Source of the DNA: a virus
Length of the DNA: 64,000 nt
Direction: 5' to 3' (one strand)
Virus record (IMG/VR): IMGVR_UViG_3300042884_001293
Location: 1 to 64,000 of that record
Shown here in pieces: positions 9,262 to 17,211 of this stretch. Position numbers and translations under genes: made by a program. The notes under the pieces were generated by a model. That model was not told the origin of the DNA. It was given only the letters and a program-made list of their open reading frames with translations, and searched no databases. Positions within the stretch are counted from its first letter, which is position 1. Each line of letters starts with the position of its first letter.

Positions 9262-10017
9262 TTACTCCACCCATTCCCATTTCATACCAGCGCTTTTACC
9301 ACCCCTAGCGATCGCTTGGGATATGCAGTTATGCTTAACAAAATTAGCTCTAGCAGCTTCTTTTACACCAGAATAAACTCTAATGCCATCAGGAGCATAA
9401 CAACGCACAGCACGGCGAAAACCTCTAGTTGACGGCTCTGAGTTTTTGACTTTTTCGACTAGCTCTGCATCTTCTAGCAGCCAGAACAAGTTATCGCGAT
9501 CGCAGTTAGCAAAATACGAGGGATTATTCAGGACTAAGGCGATCGCGTCTTTACGTTTAACTGCGTTCTGATTTCTGGCAATTTTGCGGGGTTGCAATTT
9601 CCCATTGCGGACAAATGAGCGAACTCGATCCATTGATAAGCCTAACCCTCTCGACAGTTCGTACACAGTAAAATTATCTTCAGTGCATTTGCGGCTCAAA
9701 GGGGAATTAGATGTCATGCGATGGATTTGAACTTCTATCGCAGTATCTGTCCGTTCTGGGTAGCCTTGTTTTTTAGACCATTTCTTAAAGGATTTAACCA
9801 ATACAGGAAAAGGCAAAACACCAAGATTATCTTCAAGATATTCGATCTCTTCTTGTTTCCATGCCGATCCGCCTTTTTTCTCTGTGGAAAACTTTGCTGC
9901 ACACGATCTAGTACAGCAAAGCCGTTTTGTTTTACCTTCATCAAATTCTTTCTTGCAAAATATACAGTTTTTCATATTTACTGTCTGCCATATCTTACTC
10001 TGATACTTTTGCAACAT
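9262..10017 (-). CDS. zinc-finger / HTH DNA-binding protein
   Basis: N-terminal 'CIFCKKEF...RLCCTRSC'. C-terminal NUMOD1-like 'YSGVKEAARANFVKHNCISQAIARGGKSAGMKWEWV'. An alternative ATG at 9975 removes the overlap with the upstream gene. Confidence 0.45.
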   Translation of the reverse strand: MLQKYQSKIWQTVNMKNCIFCKKEFDEGKTKRLCCTRSCAAKFSTEKKGGSAWKQEEIEYLEDNLGVLPFPVLVKSFKKWSKKQGYPERTDTAIEVQIHRMTSNSPLSRKCTEDNFTVYELSRGLGLSMDRVRSFVRNGKLQPRKIARNQNAVKRKDAIALVLNNPSYFANCDRDNLFWLLEDAELVEKVKNSEPSTRGFRRAVRCYAPDGIRVYSGVKEAARANFVKHNCISQAIARGGKSAGMKWEWVE

Positions 10018-10714
10018 AGCTAACCAAATCTAGCAAGCGATTACCACGCTTAGCAGCGATCACAGCCTCACATGCTGCGTACTCACTGATGCACTTAGCT
10101 AATTTGTCAGAGCGATAGTTGCCACTATTAATCTCGGTTTTTGAGAATCCCATAGCCATAAGCTCCTCGTACCGTGCGAGTAAATGCGTAAAGGCAGATC
10201 GATATATATGCAACGTATCGAGCTCAAATTGCACTGGGAAATAATCGCGATTAGTTGCCTCTAGCGCCCAAGGCAAAATATGTTTTTGCCCTGATTCCGC
10301 AACGCAAATAGTAAAGGGCGGCTTTGGCGGATCAAGCAACCAGGTCCTGATTTGAGCGCGTGTGGGGAGGCGATCAACTATTTCTAGCGTGTTCCCCCCC
10401 TCAGTATGTTGACCGCCAAATTTAGGATAAGAACCATACGCATTATCAGCAGAAAGGAGCCATGACCAGCCCCTAGCAAATAATGTGCTGTATTTTCCCT
10501 TCGCTTCATTCCAATAAAAAGCCCTTAACGGAATCACCCATGCACAGCGATCGCATAGATGCTTAGACTCAGGGCATCTAGCGCTACTATGTGCAGTAAA
10601 TGAATCTTTGAGAACTAACGGGTTATCAGCGTTAGGGGCGGCGCAAAGGTAGCAGTAATTATTATTATTCATGGCAAAAGCCATCCTATAGGATGGCTGA
10701 TTAAGTTTATTCAA
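9995..10714 (-). CDS. Csf1-like (type IV Cas8-like) zinc-finger protein, tentative
   Basis: 239 aa. 'CYLC'...'CPESKHLCDRC' zinc-ribbon arrangement, then 'LDPPKPPFTICVAESGQKHILPWA'. Size and motif order match my recollection of Csf1. Not verifiable here. Confidence 0.3.
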   Translation of the reverse strand: MNKLNQPSYRMAFAMNNNNYCYLCAAPNADNPLVLKDSFTAHSSARCPESKHLCDRCAWVIPLRAFYWNEAKGKYSTLFARGWSWLLSADNAYGSYPKFGGQHTEGGNTLEIVDRLPTRAQIRTWLLDPPKPPFTICVAESGQKHILPWALEATNRDYFPVQFELDTLHIYRSAFTHLLARYEELMAMGFSKTEINSGNYRSDKLAKCISEYAACEAVIAAKRGNRLLDLVSYVAKVSE

Positions 10715-10732
10715 TGTCCGTGGTCGCCACCT

Positions 10733-11191
10733 CTAGTCATAAGTTGGCAGAAAAAAAGCTTTTGTAGTGCAATCGGATGTCATTTTACGAACTTGTGAGA
10801 TCGCCTCGTTTAAAGTTTTCCCGTAGCCATTAAAACAGCCTTCCTGAATCTTCCACATCCCATACCGCGACAACCCTTCTTCACAAGTAAATTTTATGGA
10901 GCGATGATATTCTTTGCCATTCTGTAGGTCTAACGCAATAAAATCTTGTGTGCTTCCATAAAAATCGGTTTTCACAGAAAAAATATTCCCAAAAGCTTGA
11001 TTAACCTCTTGGCTGAATTGATTAATGTTCATCTCAATGTCCATCTCCTTAATTACCTTCTTAGATACAAAACGAGCGCCCTTACCTTGAACTACAACAA
11101 AAAGCACATTCTTCCATTCTTCAGCTCTCTTGATTTGGTTGGGAGAGACGTTTAAAGCGGTTGCGATTTGTGCGATTTGGTTGGCGTTCAT
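10733..11191 (-). CDS. hypothetical protein
   Basis: First gene behind promoter family B copy a; no motif. Confidence 0.55.
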   Translation of the reverse strand: MNANQIAQIATALNVSPNQIKRAEEWKNVLFVVVQGKGARFVSKKVIKEMDIEMNINQFSQEVNQAFGNIFSVKTDFYGSTQDFIALDLQNGKEYHRSIKFTCEEGLSRYGMWKIQEGCFNGYGKTLNEAISQVRKMTSDCTTKAFFLPTYD

Positions 11192-11262
11192 GGCTTTGTT
11201 TAACTCGATAACCTATTGTTGATCGAGTCTATAGGTTTTGTCAATAGTAAAACCAAAAATAT
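11192..11262 (-). promoter_or_regulatory. promoter family B, copy a
   Basis: The reverse complement reads TTGGTTTTACTATTGACAAAACCTATAGACTCGATCAACAATAGGTTATCGAGTTAAACAAAGCC-ATG. About 90% identical to 62461-62535. -35 TTGACA at 11244-11239. Confidence 0.6.
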
Positions 11263-11348
11263 TTAAACTCTTAATATTTGTTTACAAAGTAGGGTATCGG
11301 CGCACAAAATTAGGGTCTTCAAAAAAGCTGAGCTGGTAGCTGCTTAAT

Positions 11349-11380
11349 AAAAAAGCCCGATCAAATGATCGGGCTTTTTT
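11349..11380. terminator. orphan hairpin terminator in a divergent intergenic region
   Basis: AAAAAGCCCGATC-AAAT-GATCGGGCTTTTTT. Confidence 0.5.
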
Positions 11381-11436
11381 ATGTTAATATAGCTTCACCA
11401 CTGGTTAATTTTGATCTCTGACCTTCAAAATTAACG

Positions 11437-12405
11437 TTGCTCGAAAGGGTGCGTGGAGATCCAACTGCTACTGACAGTCGAATGACACAAGTTTATCACA
11501 GAATCGTCGAAATTTATAGCAGTTTTGCTCAGTGTTGGAAAATCCCTCACTTAGTGAAGATGTTATATCTTTTTGTGCGTTCGCATGATAAACAGCATCA
11601 TGTCCCTAAATACCAATCAGGTGAAGCAGGAAAAGGCGCTGGTAAGGTTAGTTTAGACTTACCAATGCTTGCCCGTACATTTAATCGCAGTGTTGCCACA
11701 ATTAAAAAAGCCCTTAGATTAGCGTATAACCTAGGGGTTTTTTGGCTGCTAGAGATTAAAGGCGATGGCGCTAGGCTTATCTATACTTCACTCAAGAAAG
11801 TCTGCTCAAAGCTAAATATCAGCAATTTGGGCGCGATCTTTGAGATGGACTCTGTAGATATGCCTAACCAAGTGCGATCGCAAGTAGTGCAAGCGGTAAC
11901 AGCACAAAAGCAAGAAGCGTCATTTTATGCTGCAAAACGAGAAACCAAGGAGAATAATAAAAAATATAAAGGCAAGAAATTAGCAAAGCACGTCAAGAAA
12001 TCCCAGAATATTTTTAAGCACGCATCTACAATTATGCTTTCGGGTGTCAAGGGTTTAAAAATTAAAGGCAGATTTCTACTCGTTCATCGCTTATTTGTGC
12101 CATACGGTGTTTCTCAAGATTTAGTAGCTGATTTAGTCAGTCGTACCCCTCAAACCGTGCGTAAGCATCTCAAAGGTATTAAGCGTTATCAGGTGTGTGA
12201 ACCTTGCAATGATGCTATTAATACCCCTGAATTTTGGTTAACCCATAATTTAGGTGAGAAGCATTACATGAAGTTTGATGGCGATCGCACCCTATATCAA
12301 GCTAGAACAAATATCTACAACCTTGAGAGCAAATCAATGCGCCGTATGCATTTAAGGAAACGAGTAAGCAAATATACCCGCCAAGTAGCACAATCCCCTG
12401 CCTAG
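11437..12405 (+). CDS. putative winged-helix DNA-binding protein (possible replication/regulatory initiator)
   Basis: 322 aa, basic, with HTH-like 'RSVATIKKALRLAYNLG' and 'VSRTPQTVRKHLKGI'. ORF-track start is TTG; the first ATG is at 11482. Confidence 0.45.
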   Translation: MLERVRGDPTATDSRMTQVYHRIVEIYSSFAQCWKIPHLVKMLYLFVRSHDKQHHVPKYQSGEAGKGAGKVSLDLPMLARTFNRSVATIKKALRLAYNLGVFWLLEIKGDGARLIYTSLKKVCSKLNISNLGAIFEMDSVDMPNQVRSQVVQAVTAQKQEASFYAAKRETKENNKKYKGKKLAKHVKKSQNIFKHASTIMLSGVKGLKIKGRFLLVHRLFVPYGVSQDLVADLVSRTPQTVRKHLKGIKRYQVCEPCNDAINTPEFWLTHNLGEKHYMKFDGDRTLYQARTNIYNLESKSMRRMHLRKRVSKYTRQVAQSPA

Positions 12406-12518
12406 AGATGGGGGGCATAAGAAGCCGCTACTTTTTATCCCTCACTCATCAGATCGCTGTCATAGGCGATCGCTTTGCTGTGTTTGGGGTTGAGTGTGAT
12501 GTGCAAAGTATTTATTAA

Positions 12519-12555
12519 TTACCCCTTTACAATAACCACGTTTACCCCTACAATT
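12519..12555 (+). promoter_or_regulatory. two direct repeats TTACCCCT(T)TACAAT upstream of the RHH gene
   Basis: TTACCCCTTTACAAT (12519-12533) and TTTACCCCTACAATT (12541-12555), 24-60 nt upstream of the ATG at 12579. Confidence 0.4.
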
Positions 12556-12578
12556 AATATTGTCGAGTTAATTAATTA

Positions 12579-12755
12579 ATGGCTAGACCAAAAGGAACAA
12601 CTAAACCAAACTCGCTAATACAAGCCGACTTAACTTTGCGAGTAGATCAAGAGACTTGGGAATGGTACAAAGCACTCCCAAAAGGAACAAAAGCCAAAAT
12701 TCTAAGAGAAGCAATCTCTTTATATCGTAATCAAAACAAAACTAAAGAACTATGA
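12579..12755 (+). CDS. ribbon-helix-helix (CopG/Arc-like) protein
   Basis: 58-aa ORF below the track cutoff: MARPKGTTKPNSLIQADLTLRVDQETWEWYKALPKGTKAKILREAISLYRNQNKTKEL. The beta-strand then two-helix pattern is typical of RHH. Confidence 0.5.
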   Translation: MARPKGTTKPNSLIQADLTLRVDQETWEWYKALPKGTKAKILREAISLYRNQNKTKEL

Positions 12756-12918
12756 CGCAAGGAATCTACGCAATCACAAACAAAGTAAAAAAAATGGTTA
12801 GACTGCAATTTCAACTTATTGTTTTAAGGCTTCAGTTTTTCCTTGTTTACTCTGGCTTGATTGATCGCCGATCTATTGCAAATAAAATTTTATGGGAGCT
12901 TCAAAAGCTTTTTGATTG

Positions 12919-13011
12919 ATGGCTAGACATAAGGGAACAACCAAGCCTGATTCACCACTTGTATTTATTAAAGTGGTTTTGGGTGTAAACAAAAAAACAG
13001 GAGATAGATGA
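12919..13011 (+). CDS. short ORF with an N-terminus paralogous to the RHH protein
   Basis: MARHKGTTKPDSPLVFIKVVLGVNKKTGDR. Its TGA overlaps the ATG at 13008. The first 12 codons are homologous to 12579-12614. Confidence 0.3.
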   Translation: MARHKGTTKPDSPLVFIKVVLGVNKKTGDR

Positions 13012-13382
13012 TGAGTAACATTTTTGATGTTTTTGACTTTGGTAAAATCCGATGGATGCAAAACATTTGGGTTTTTAAAGATGGCAATAAAAAGCCCGTC
13101 CTTACCCTTGGATCTGGTGAGCCTATCATCAGTAAAGACGGATTGAAAGTATTGATTAAGGGCGCTTCTACCGTATGTCGCATCAAAGATTTTTCTGGCA
13201 TATATCCCGAAAGCTCAAAACCCAATACTTTTAATATCCCCAAAAAAGTATGCCAAGCTTGCGAACATTTTGATAATGGATATTGCAAGCCCAAAATCGA
13301 ATTAAACCGCACTGAGTTTAATGAAAATCTGGCTAAAGTTACCGATAAGTTTGCAAAAAATATGAAAGAGACTTTTAGATAG
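13008..13382 (+). CDS. hypothetical protein
   Basis: ORF track; co-directional. Confidence 0.5.
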   Translation: MMSNIFDVFDFGKIRWMQNIWVFKDGNKKPVLTLGSGEPIISKDGLKVLIKGASTVCRIKDFSGIYPESSKPNTFNIPKKVCQACEHFDNGYCKPKIELNRTEFNENLAKVTDKFAKNMKETFR

Positions 13383-13386
13383 AATC

Positions 13387-13629
13387 ATGAACGACACTAA
13401 CGACTATTACCTATACCAAGGCAAGCGTTACCACTGCTCGGACTGCACAACAGAAGCTGAGCTTTATAGCGCTGACAGCTCCTATGGTTATGGCAAAACA
13501 CTTTTATTTTTGGATGAACTTGGCGAATATGTTGATGCCAATGATTGCGTACAAGTTGCGCCTAATTTCTGGCAACATTTTGAGTTTTGGGTTTGCTCGG
13601 TAGTTGCAAGTTTGAATGCAAATGTTTAA
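13387..13629 (+). CDS. hypothetical protein
   Basis: ORF track; 4-nt gap from the previous gene. Confidence 0.5.
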   Translation: MNDTNDYYLYQGKRYHCSDCTTEAELYSADSSYGYGKTLLFLDELGEYVDANDCVQVAPNFWQHFEFWVCSVVASLNANV

Positions 13630-13876
13630 AGCAACTAAAAACGCAAATCCGTATCACCAGCAAGTGTACGAAGAAAATCCATATCTTCAGAAAATTTATA
13701 ACACTTTTGAAGAGATAACCAATCAATTCCCCCACATTCAAAAACCATATGATCGCCATGTAATAAGGCTTGATCTAGGCTTTGATTTTGCAACTCTTAT
13801 TTTTAGTGTTGAAGTAGTTGAAATGAATTGCAATGGGTTTATTTTTACAGCGTTTGTTTTTGTTCCTTTGTACTGA
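13616..13876 (+). CDS. hypothetical protein
   Basis: ORF track; overlaps the previous stop. Confidence 0.35.
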   Translation: MQMFKATKNANPYHQQVYEENPYLQKIYNTFEEITNQFPHIQKPYDRHVIRLDLGFDFATLIFSVEVVEMNCNGFIFTAFVFVPLY

Positions 13877-13883
13877 TAAATAA

Positions 13884-14495
13884 ATGATTCTGCAATACAT
13901 CATAGACGAACCGCCCAAAAACACAAGTAACGGGCGTGGCAACTGGATACTACACCTCAAAGAAAAGCAATCACTGAAGCAAGGCGGCGCGATTGAGTCT
14001 GCTTTTGATTGGGATACTAAATCCCAACTACGCATACATTTTCATCGCTTCGCTGCTGCTAATAGACCGATGGATGATGACGGCTTGGCGATCGCTTTTA
14101 AACCTGTGAGAGATGGTTTGATTGACAGCCTATCTCAGTACTTTGGACAGAAATTTGATGATGGCAATCAGGATTTATTCCACTTTGTTTACTCTCAATG
14201 TAAAGCGCCCGATCCTGTTTTTGCGGATACCATCGTGATTACTATTGGCTGTATGCCAAGTCCATCACCATACAGTAGCGTAGTAATTAAATGGGGCCAT
14301 AATCCCATGTTGCATGACAAAGCCTCTCTCATCGCAACATTAGGCGAACTACGCGCCGCTAGGATTGCTGAGATAGTTGCTGAGCTTAAGTGGTCAAAGA
14401 CTGGAACTAAGAAAGTGGATAAACTTAAGAAAGAGTTAGTCAAAACTCAGAAGGCGATCGCGCATTGTGTGGCTGAAACTGTGTTTAATGACTAA
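13884..14495 (+). CDS. RusA-like Holliday junction resolvase (with C-terminal extension)
   Basis: 'DEPPKNTSNGRGNW' and 'RPMDDDGLAIAFKPVRDGLID...FDDGNQ' parallel the RusA blocks PPSxN and RxxDxDNxxKxxxDAL...DD. Confidence 0.45.
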   Translation: MILQYIIDEPPKNTSNGRGNWILHLKEKQSLKQGGAIESAFDWDTKSQLRIHFHRFAAANRPMDDDGLAIAFKPVRDGLIDSLSQYFGQKFDDGNQDLFHFVYSQCKAPDPVFADTIVITIGCMPSPSPYSSVVIKWGHNPMLHDKASLIATLGELRAARIAEIVAELKWSKTGTKKVDKLKKELVKTQKAIAHCVAETVFND

Positions 14496-14496
14496 A

Positions 14497-14568
14497 TCGG
14501 AATGGTTGGAATCGAACCAACTACTTTCGGTTCCCAAAACCGACCGTCTACCAATGGCTTACAATCCG
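14497..14568 (-). tRNA. tRNA-Pro (anticodon UGG), slightly degenerate
   Basis: The minus strand reads CGGATTG-TA-AGCC-ATTGGTA-GACG-G-TCGGT-TTTGGGA-ACCGA-AAGTA-GTTGG-TTCGATT-CCAAC-CATTCCG-A. The anticodon and T arms are perfect. There is one mismatch in the acceptor stem and a weak D stem. No encoded CCA. Confidence 0.6.
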
Positions 14569-14678
14569 AGGTGCGATCGCTTTATCCGCTGCCATCAACA
14601 ATCTACACGGTGCGTAAATCTCAGGCTTAGGAGCGATCGCGTTTACAATATTAGCATTAAGCTTTATCGGTTGCCATC

Positions 14679-15191
14679 GTGAAAACACCGCTTGAAATCA
14701 GAACAGCCATACTCGCTGCTATTCCCGATCTAATTGGCATCAGGTATTTTGGCGACATTGTGCAACCCTCTATCTTGATGCTACCCGATCCCGCTCTTGA
14801 AGAGTCGGGAATGTCCTTTCCCGCGATCATTAATGGCAGTCCAGTCATGTATCAGGGCATTGAGATTATAATTTATCGCAATCGCACCTTAGATTCGTTT
14901 GCTCCTATGCTTAATTCGGAAGTAGATTTTAGGGCTAAATCGTGGGTATTGCTTAAAGATCATGCGAGTCTAGACAACTTTAGCCTCGCTCAAATTAATG
15001 CGCTTAGATCGGTCGCAGGATTAAGCGCTATTACTCAAGAGGGGCTAGATGAGGGACTTAGTTATGCTGCTGCAAAAGTTTGCAAGTTACTGAATCTATA
15101 CAAGCAGCTACCTTCCCCCACTCCCAAGAACGACCAATCTTCTCTATTAGATTCACTTATCTTTGAGTTTGATTACGCAGGATATTTGTAA
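14679..15191 (+). CDS. hypothetical protein
   Basis: 170-aa ORF with GTG start; no motif. Confidence 0.45.
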   Translation: MKTPLEIRTAILAAIPDLIGIRYFGDIVQPSILMLPDPALEESGMSFPAIINGSPVMYQGIEIIIYRNRTLDSFAPMLNSEVDFRAKSWVLLKDHASLDNFSLAQINALRSVAGLSAITQEGLDEGLSYAAAKVCKLLNLYKQLPSPTPKNDQSSLLDSLIFEFDYAGYL

Positions 15192-15205
15192 CGGAATATT
15201 ACGAT

Positions 15206-15295
15206 CTAAAAAATAGTTTGCTTACCCTATTGACACCTTTTACTTAGTGGTGATACTATTTTATTCATACAGACAAAACAAAAACAATAACACAG
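15206..15295 (+). promoter_or_regulatory. promoter family A, copy 1
   Basis: TTGACA (15230-15235), 18 nt, TACTAT (15254-15259). Conserved block CTAAAAAATAGTTTGCTTACCCTATTGACACC...GATACTATTTTATTCATACAGACAAAACAA. Confidence 0.65.
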
Positions 15296-15304
15296 GAAAA
15301 CGCA

Positions 15305-15457
15305 ATGACCACTACTCAGCTAGAAAAAGCAATCGCCCGTTGTGAAAGAGAAATCGCAGACATGGACAACACTTTTGAGCAACGCCAAGACTGGAAGCGA
15401 CACTTTGTAATGCTTACATCTAAAGGTCGTTACTGCACACCTCAAGAGCTAGCTTAG
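15305..15457 (+). CDS. hypothetical small protein
   Basis: 50-aa ORF (MTTTQLEKAIARCEREIADM...) directly behind promoter A1; below the track cutoff. Confidence 0.4.
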   Translation: MTTTQLEKAIARCEREIADMDNTFEQRQDWKRHFVMLTSKGRYCTPQELA

Positions 15458-15497
15458 AGACGACTAAACCCGCAAACAATAAAAGGAGTAAACGACC

Positions 15498-15797
15498 ATG
15501 ACTGTTATCCAATTCGATCTATTTGGCGAAGACGAAGAAACTACTGAACTTAATACTATCTTGATCGAAACCGCAGAACAATTAGAGGCTTTGTGGACTA
15601 GTGTTTGTGGTAAGTCTGAAGAGCAAATCGCTTATGACAATGCCAAGAAGGCTTGGGATGATTACTACCCTATCTGGACTAAAGCTCAAAACGACTACTA
15701 CCAAAAAGACGCGATTTCTAAAGCTGAGTTTTTGGCAGCAAAAGCCATTTTTACGGAATTGGACAAAGCGTATAACGATGCTTACAACGCTTTTTAA
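15498..15797 (+). CDS. hypothetical acidic protein
   Basis: Preceded by the conserved RBS block AAGGAGTAAACGACCATG. Confidence 0.6.
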   Translation: MTVIQFDLFGEDEETTELNTILIETAEQLEALWTSVCGKSEEQIAYDNAKKAWDDYYPIWTKAQNDYYQKDAISKAEFLAAKAIFTELDKAYNDAYNAF

Positions 15798-15841
15798 TAT
15801 TACACATCAGGGGCTTAACCGCCCCTCATTCAACTAACATT

Positions 15842-15931
15842 CTAAAAAATAATTTGCTTACCCTATTGACACCTTCCATCTAGTACTGATACTATTTTAT
15901 TCATACAGACAAAACAAAGGAGTAAACGACC
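15842..15931 (+). promoter_or_regulatory. promoter family A, copy 2
   Basis: TTGACA (15866-15871), 18 nt, TACTAT (15890-15895), then the conserved leader TTTTATTCATACAGACAAAACAAAGGAGTAAACGACCATG. Confidence 0.7.
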
Positions 15932-16183
15932 ATGAAATTAGCTAACGCGATCAAAAAACTAACAACTAACGGGTTTGAAGTTACAACAAGCGCTCACACT
16001 CTCCAAGCCAAGAAAGGGAATCAAATTGTAGGTTGTGCAATAAGCAGAGATGGATCGGCTAATTCTTTTTATACCAAAAACGCTGATCAGCATTCAGACG
16101 TGCAGAGAGATTATTTTGTTGAAAGATGGCATAACAATATATCGCAAGCAATTCAGTTTGTTAATAGATACGACAAAGCCTAA
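15932..16183 (+). CDS. hypothetical protein
   Basis: Starts at the ATG of the conserved leader. Confidence 0.6.
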   Translation: MKLANAIKKLTTNGFEVTTSAHTLQAKKGNQIVGCAISRDGSANSFYTKNADQHSDVQRDYFVERWHNNISQAIQFVNRYDKA

Positions 16184-16247
16184 CCACACCCGCGCAAACG
16201 AGGGAGTTGCGCCCCTCTCTCAATCAACATTCACAAAGGTAACGACG

Positions 16248-16511
16248 ATGACAATGCTAAAAATACACATGATCGAAATCGCGCTAGCCAATCTAGTCGC
16301 ATCAGAATCAGCCGAGATCGTCGGCATGGGTTGGCAGATTGAGCTAAGTAGCGGGAACACGCTATTTATTGAGCCAAGTGATGAAGGGTTTGTTTATCAA
16401 GTGCTTTATAAAGCTACTGATGAGCATAAAGAGTATTTTGGCGATTGGTTAACCTTGGAACGTGTTAGCCGATTGACTGAGCTAATTAATGAGGTTGATG
16501 AAGATGCCTAA
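16248..16511 (+). CDS. hypothetical protein
   Basis: Internal ATG (MTMLKIHMIE...) of ORF 16050-16511, which avoids overlap with 15932-16183. Confidence 0.45.
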   Translation: MTMLKIHMIEIALANLVASESAEIVGMGWQIELSSGNTLFIEPSDEGFVYQVLYKATDEHKEYFGDWLTLERVSRLTELINEVDEDA

Positions 16512-16773
16512 CCCAGACTGCCCCTACTGTCACAAACCGATGACCTACAACGGCACAAAATCGTCGGGAGCGCGACAATATCGCTGTAGGCGTGGCTGTC
16601 TCACTCCTGAAGGGAAAACAGTCACCATGACTGACAGCGATCGCAAGCGTGGAGGTCAAACAATAGGCGATAAGCCCATGAGTCAGGCTGAGTATGATTT
16701 ACGGTATCGATTGGCACATCCTGAGAAGTATAAGGAAGTGCATAAGTACAAGCCAAAAACTAAAGGTGAGTAG
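16489..16773 (+). CDS. zinc-ribbon protein
   Basis: 'CPYCHKPMTYNG...YRCRRGC' four-Cys ribbon, basic tail. Confidence 0.5.
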   Translation: MRLMKMPNPDCPYCHKPMTYNGTKSSGARQYRCRRGCLTPEGKTVTMTDSDRKRGGQTIGDKPMSQAEYDLRYRLAHPEKYKEVHKYKPKTKGE

Positions 16774-16789
16774 CTAATTGTAAACAAAT

Positions 16790-16867
16790 ATTACAAATAT
16801 CTTGACACCTTTCGCCTAGTACTGATACTATTTTATTCATACAGACAAAACAAGGGAGTAAACGACA
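16790..16867 (+). promoter_or_regulatory. promoter family A, copy 3
   Basis: TTGACA (16802-16807), 18 nt, TACTAT (16826-16831), same leader ending GGGAGTAAACGACAATG. Confidence 0.7.
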
Positions 16868-17158
16868 ATGCAAACACAAATTAACTGCTACTTTAATCAC
16901 GCATGGGACAGCGAAACACACCCCGATCTAGCTGACAAGAAAGCGGCGATCGCATTAGCTAAATCCTTAGCTCCCAATGTCAAAAGCTTTGAGTATAACG
17001 GTAGCCAAGCAGATGGCTTTGAGTTTTACTTTACAGAGATTGTGACTGTGACGGTAGACTTTGAAGATGGCGACTGCCTAGCAGACTTCGATGAAGTTCA
17101 GAACGCACAGCCATTGATTGCTGGCGGCGAAATGACAACGGCTCGTAGGGTAAAGTAG
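16868..17158 (+). CDS. hypothetical acidic protein
   Basis: Starts at the conserved leader ATG. Confidence 0.6.
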   Translation: MQTQINCYFNHAWDSETHPDLADKKAAIALAKSLAPNVKSFEYNGSQADGFEFYFTEIVTVTVDFEDGDCLADFDEVQNAQPLIAGGEMTTARRVK

Positions 17159-17166
17159 AAAGAATG

Positions 17167-17209
17167 CCACAAAAAAGCACCTTATCAAAAATAAGGTGCT
17201 TTTTTGTGG
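17167..17209. terminator. bidirectional rho-independent terminator
   Basis: CCACAAAAAAGCACCTTAT-CAAAA-ATAAGGTGCTTTTTTGTGG between convergent genes. Confidence 0.8.
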
Positions 17210-17211
17210 AT

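Noticed and set aside
14497-14568. Interpreting the tRNA-Pro as a prophage attachment site or genome end.
   Set aside because: No integrase, excisionase or direct repeat of the tRNA 3' end is seen elsewhere in the window, and phage genes continue on both sides.
14467-14682. 71-aa plus-strand ORF across the tRNA-Pro region.
   Set aside because: It overlaps the tRNA cloverleaf and has an implausible Cys/Arg-rich sequence. The tRNA explains the conservation-like structure.
15601-16247. ORF 15601-15837 and the 5' extension of ORF 16050-16511.
   Set aside because: They overlap better-supported genes that begin at the conserved leader ATGs. The extension would read through another gene in a different frame.
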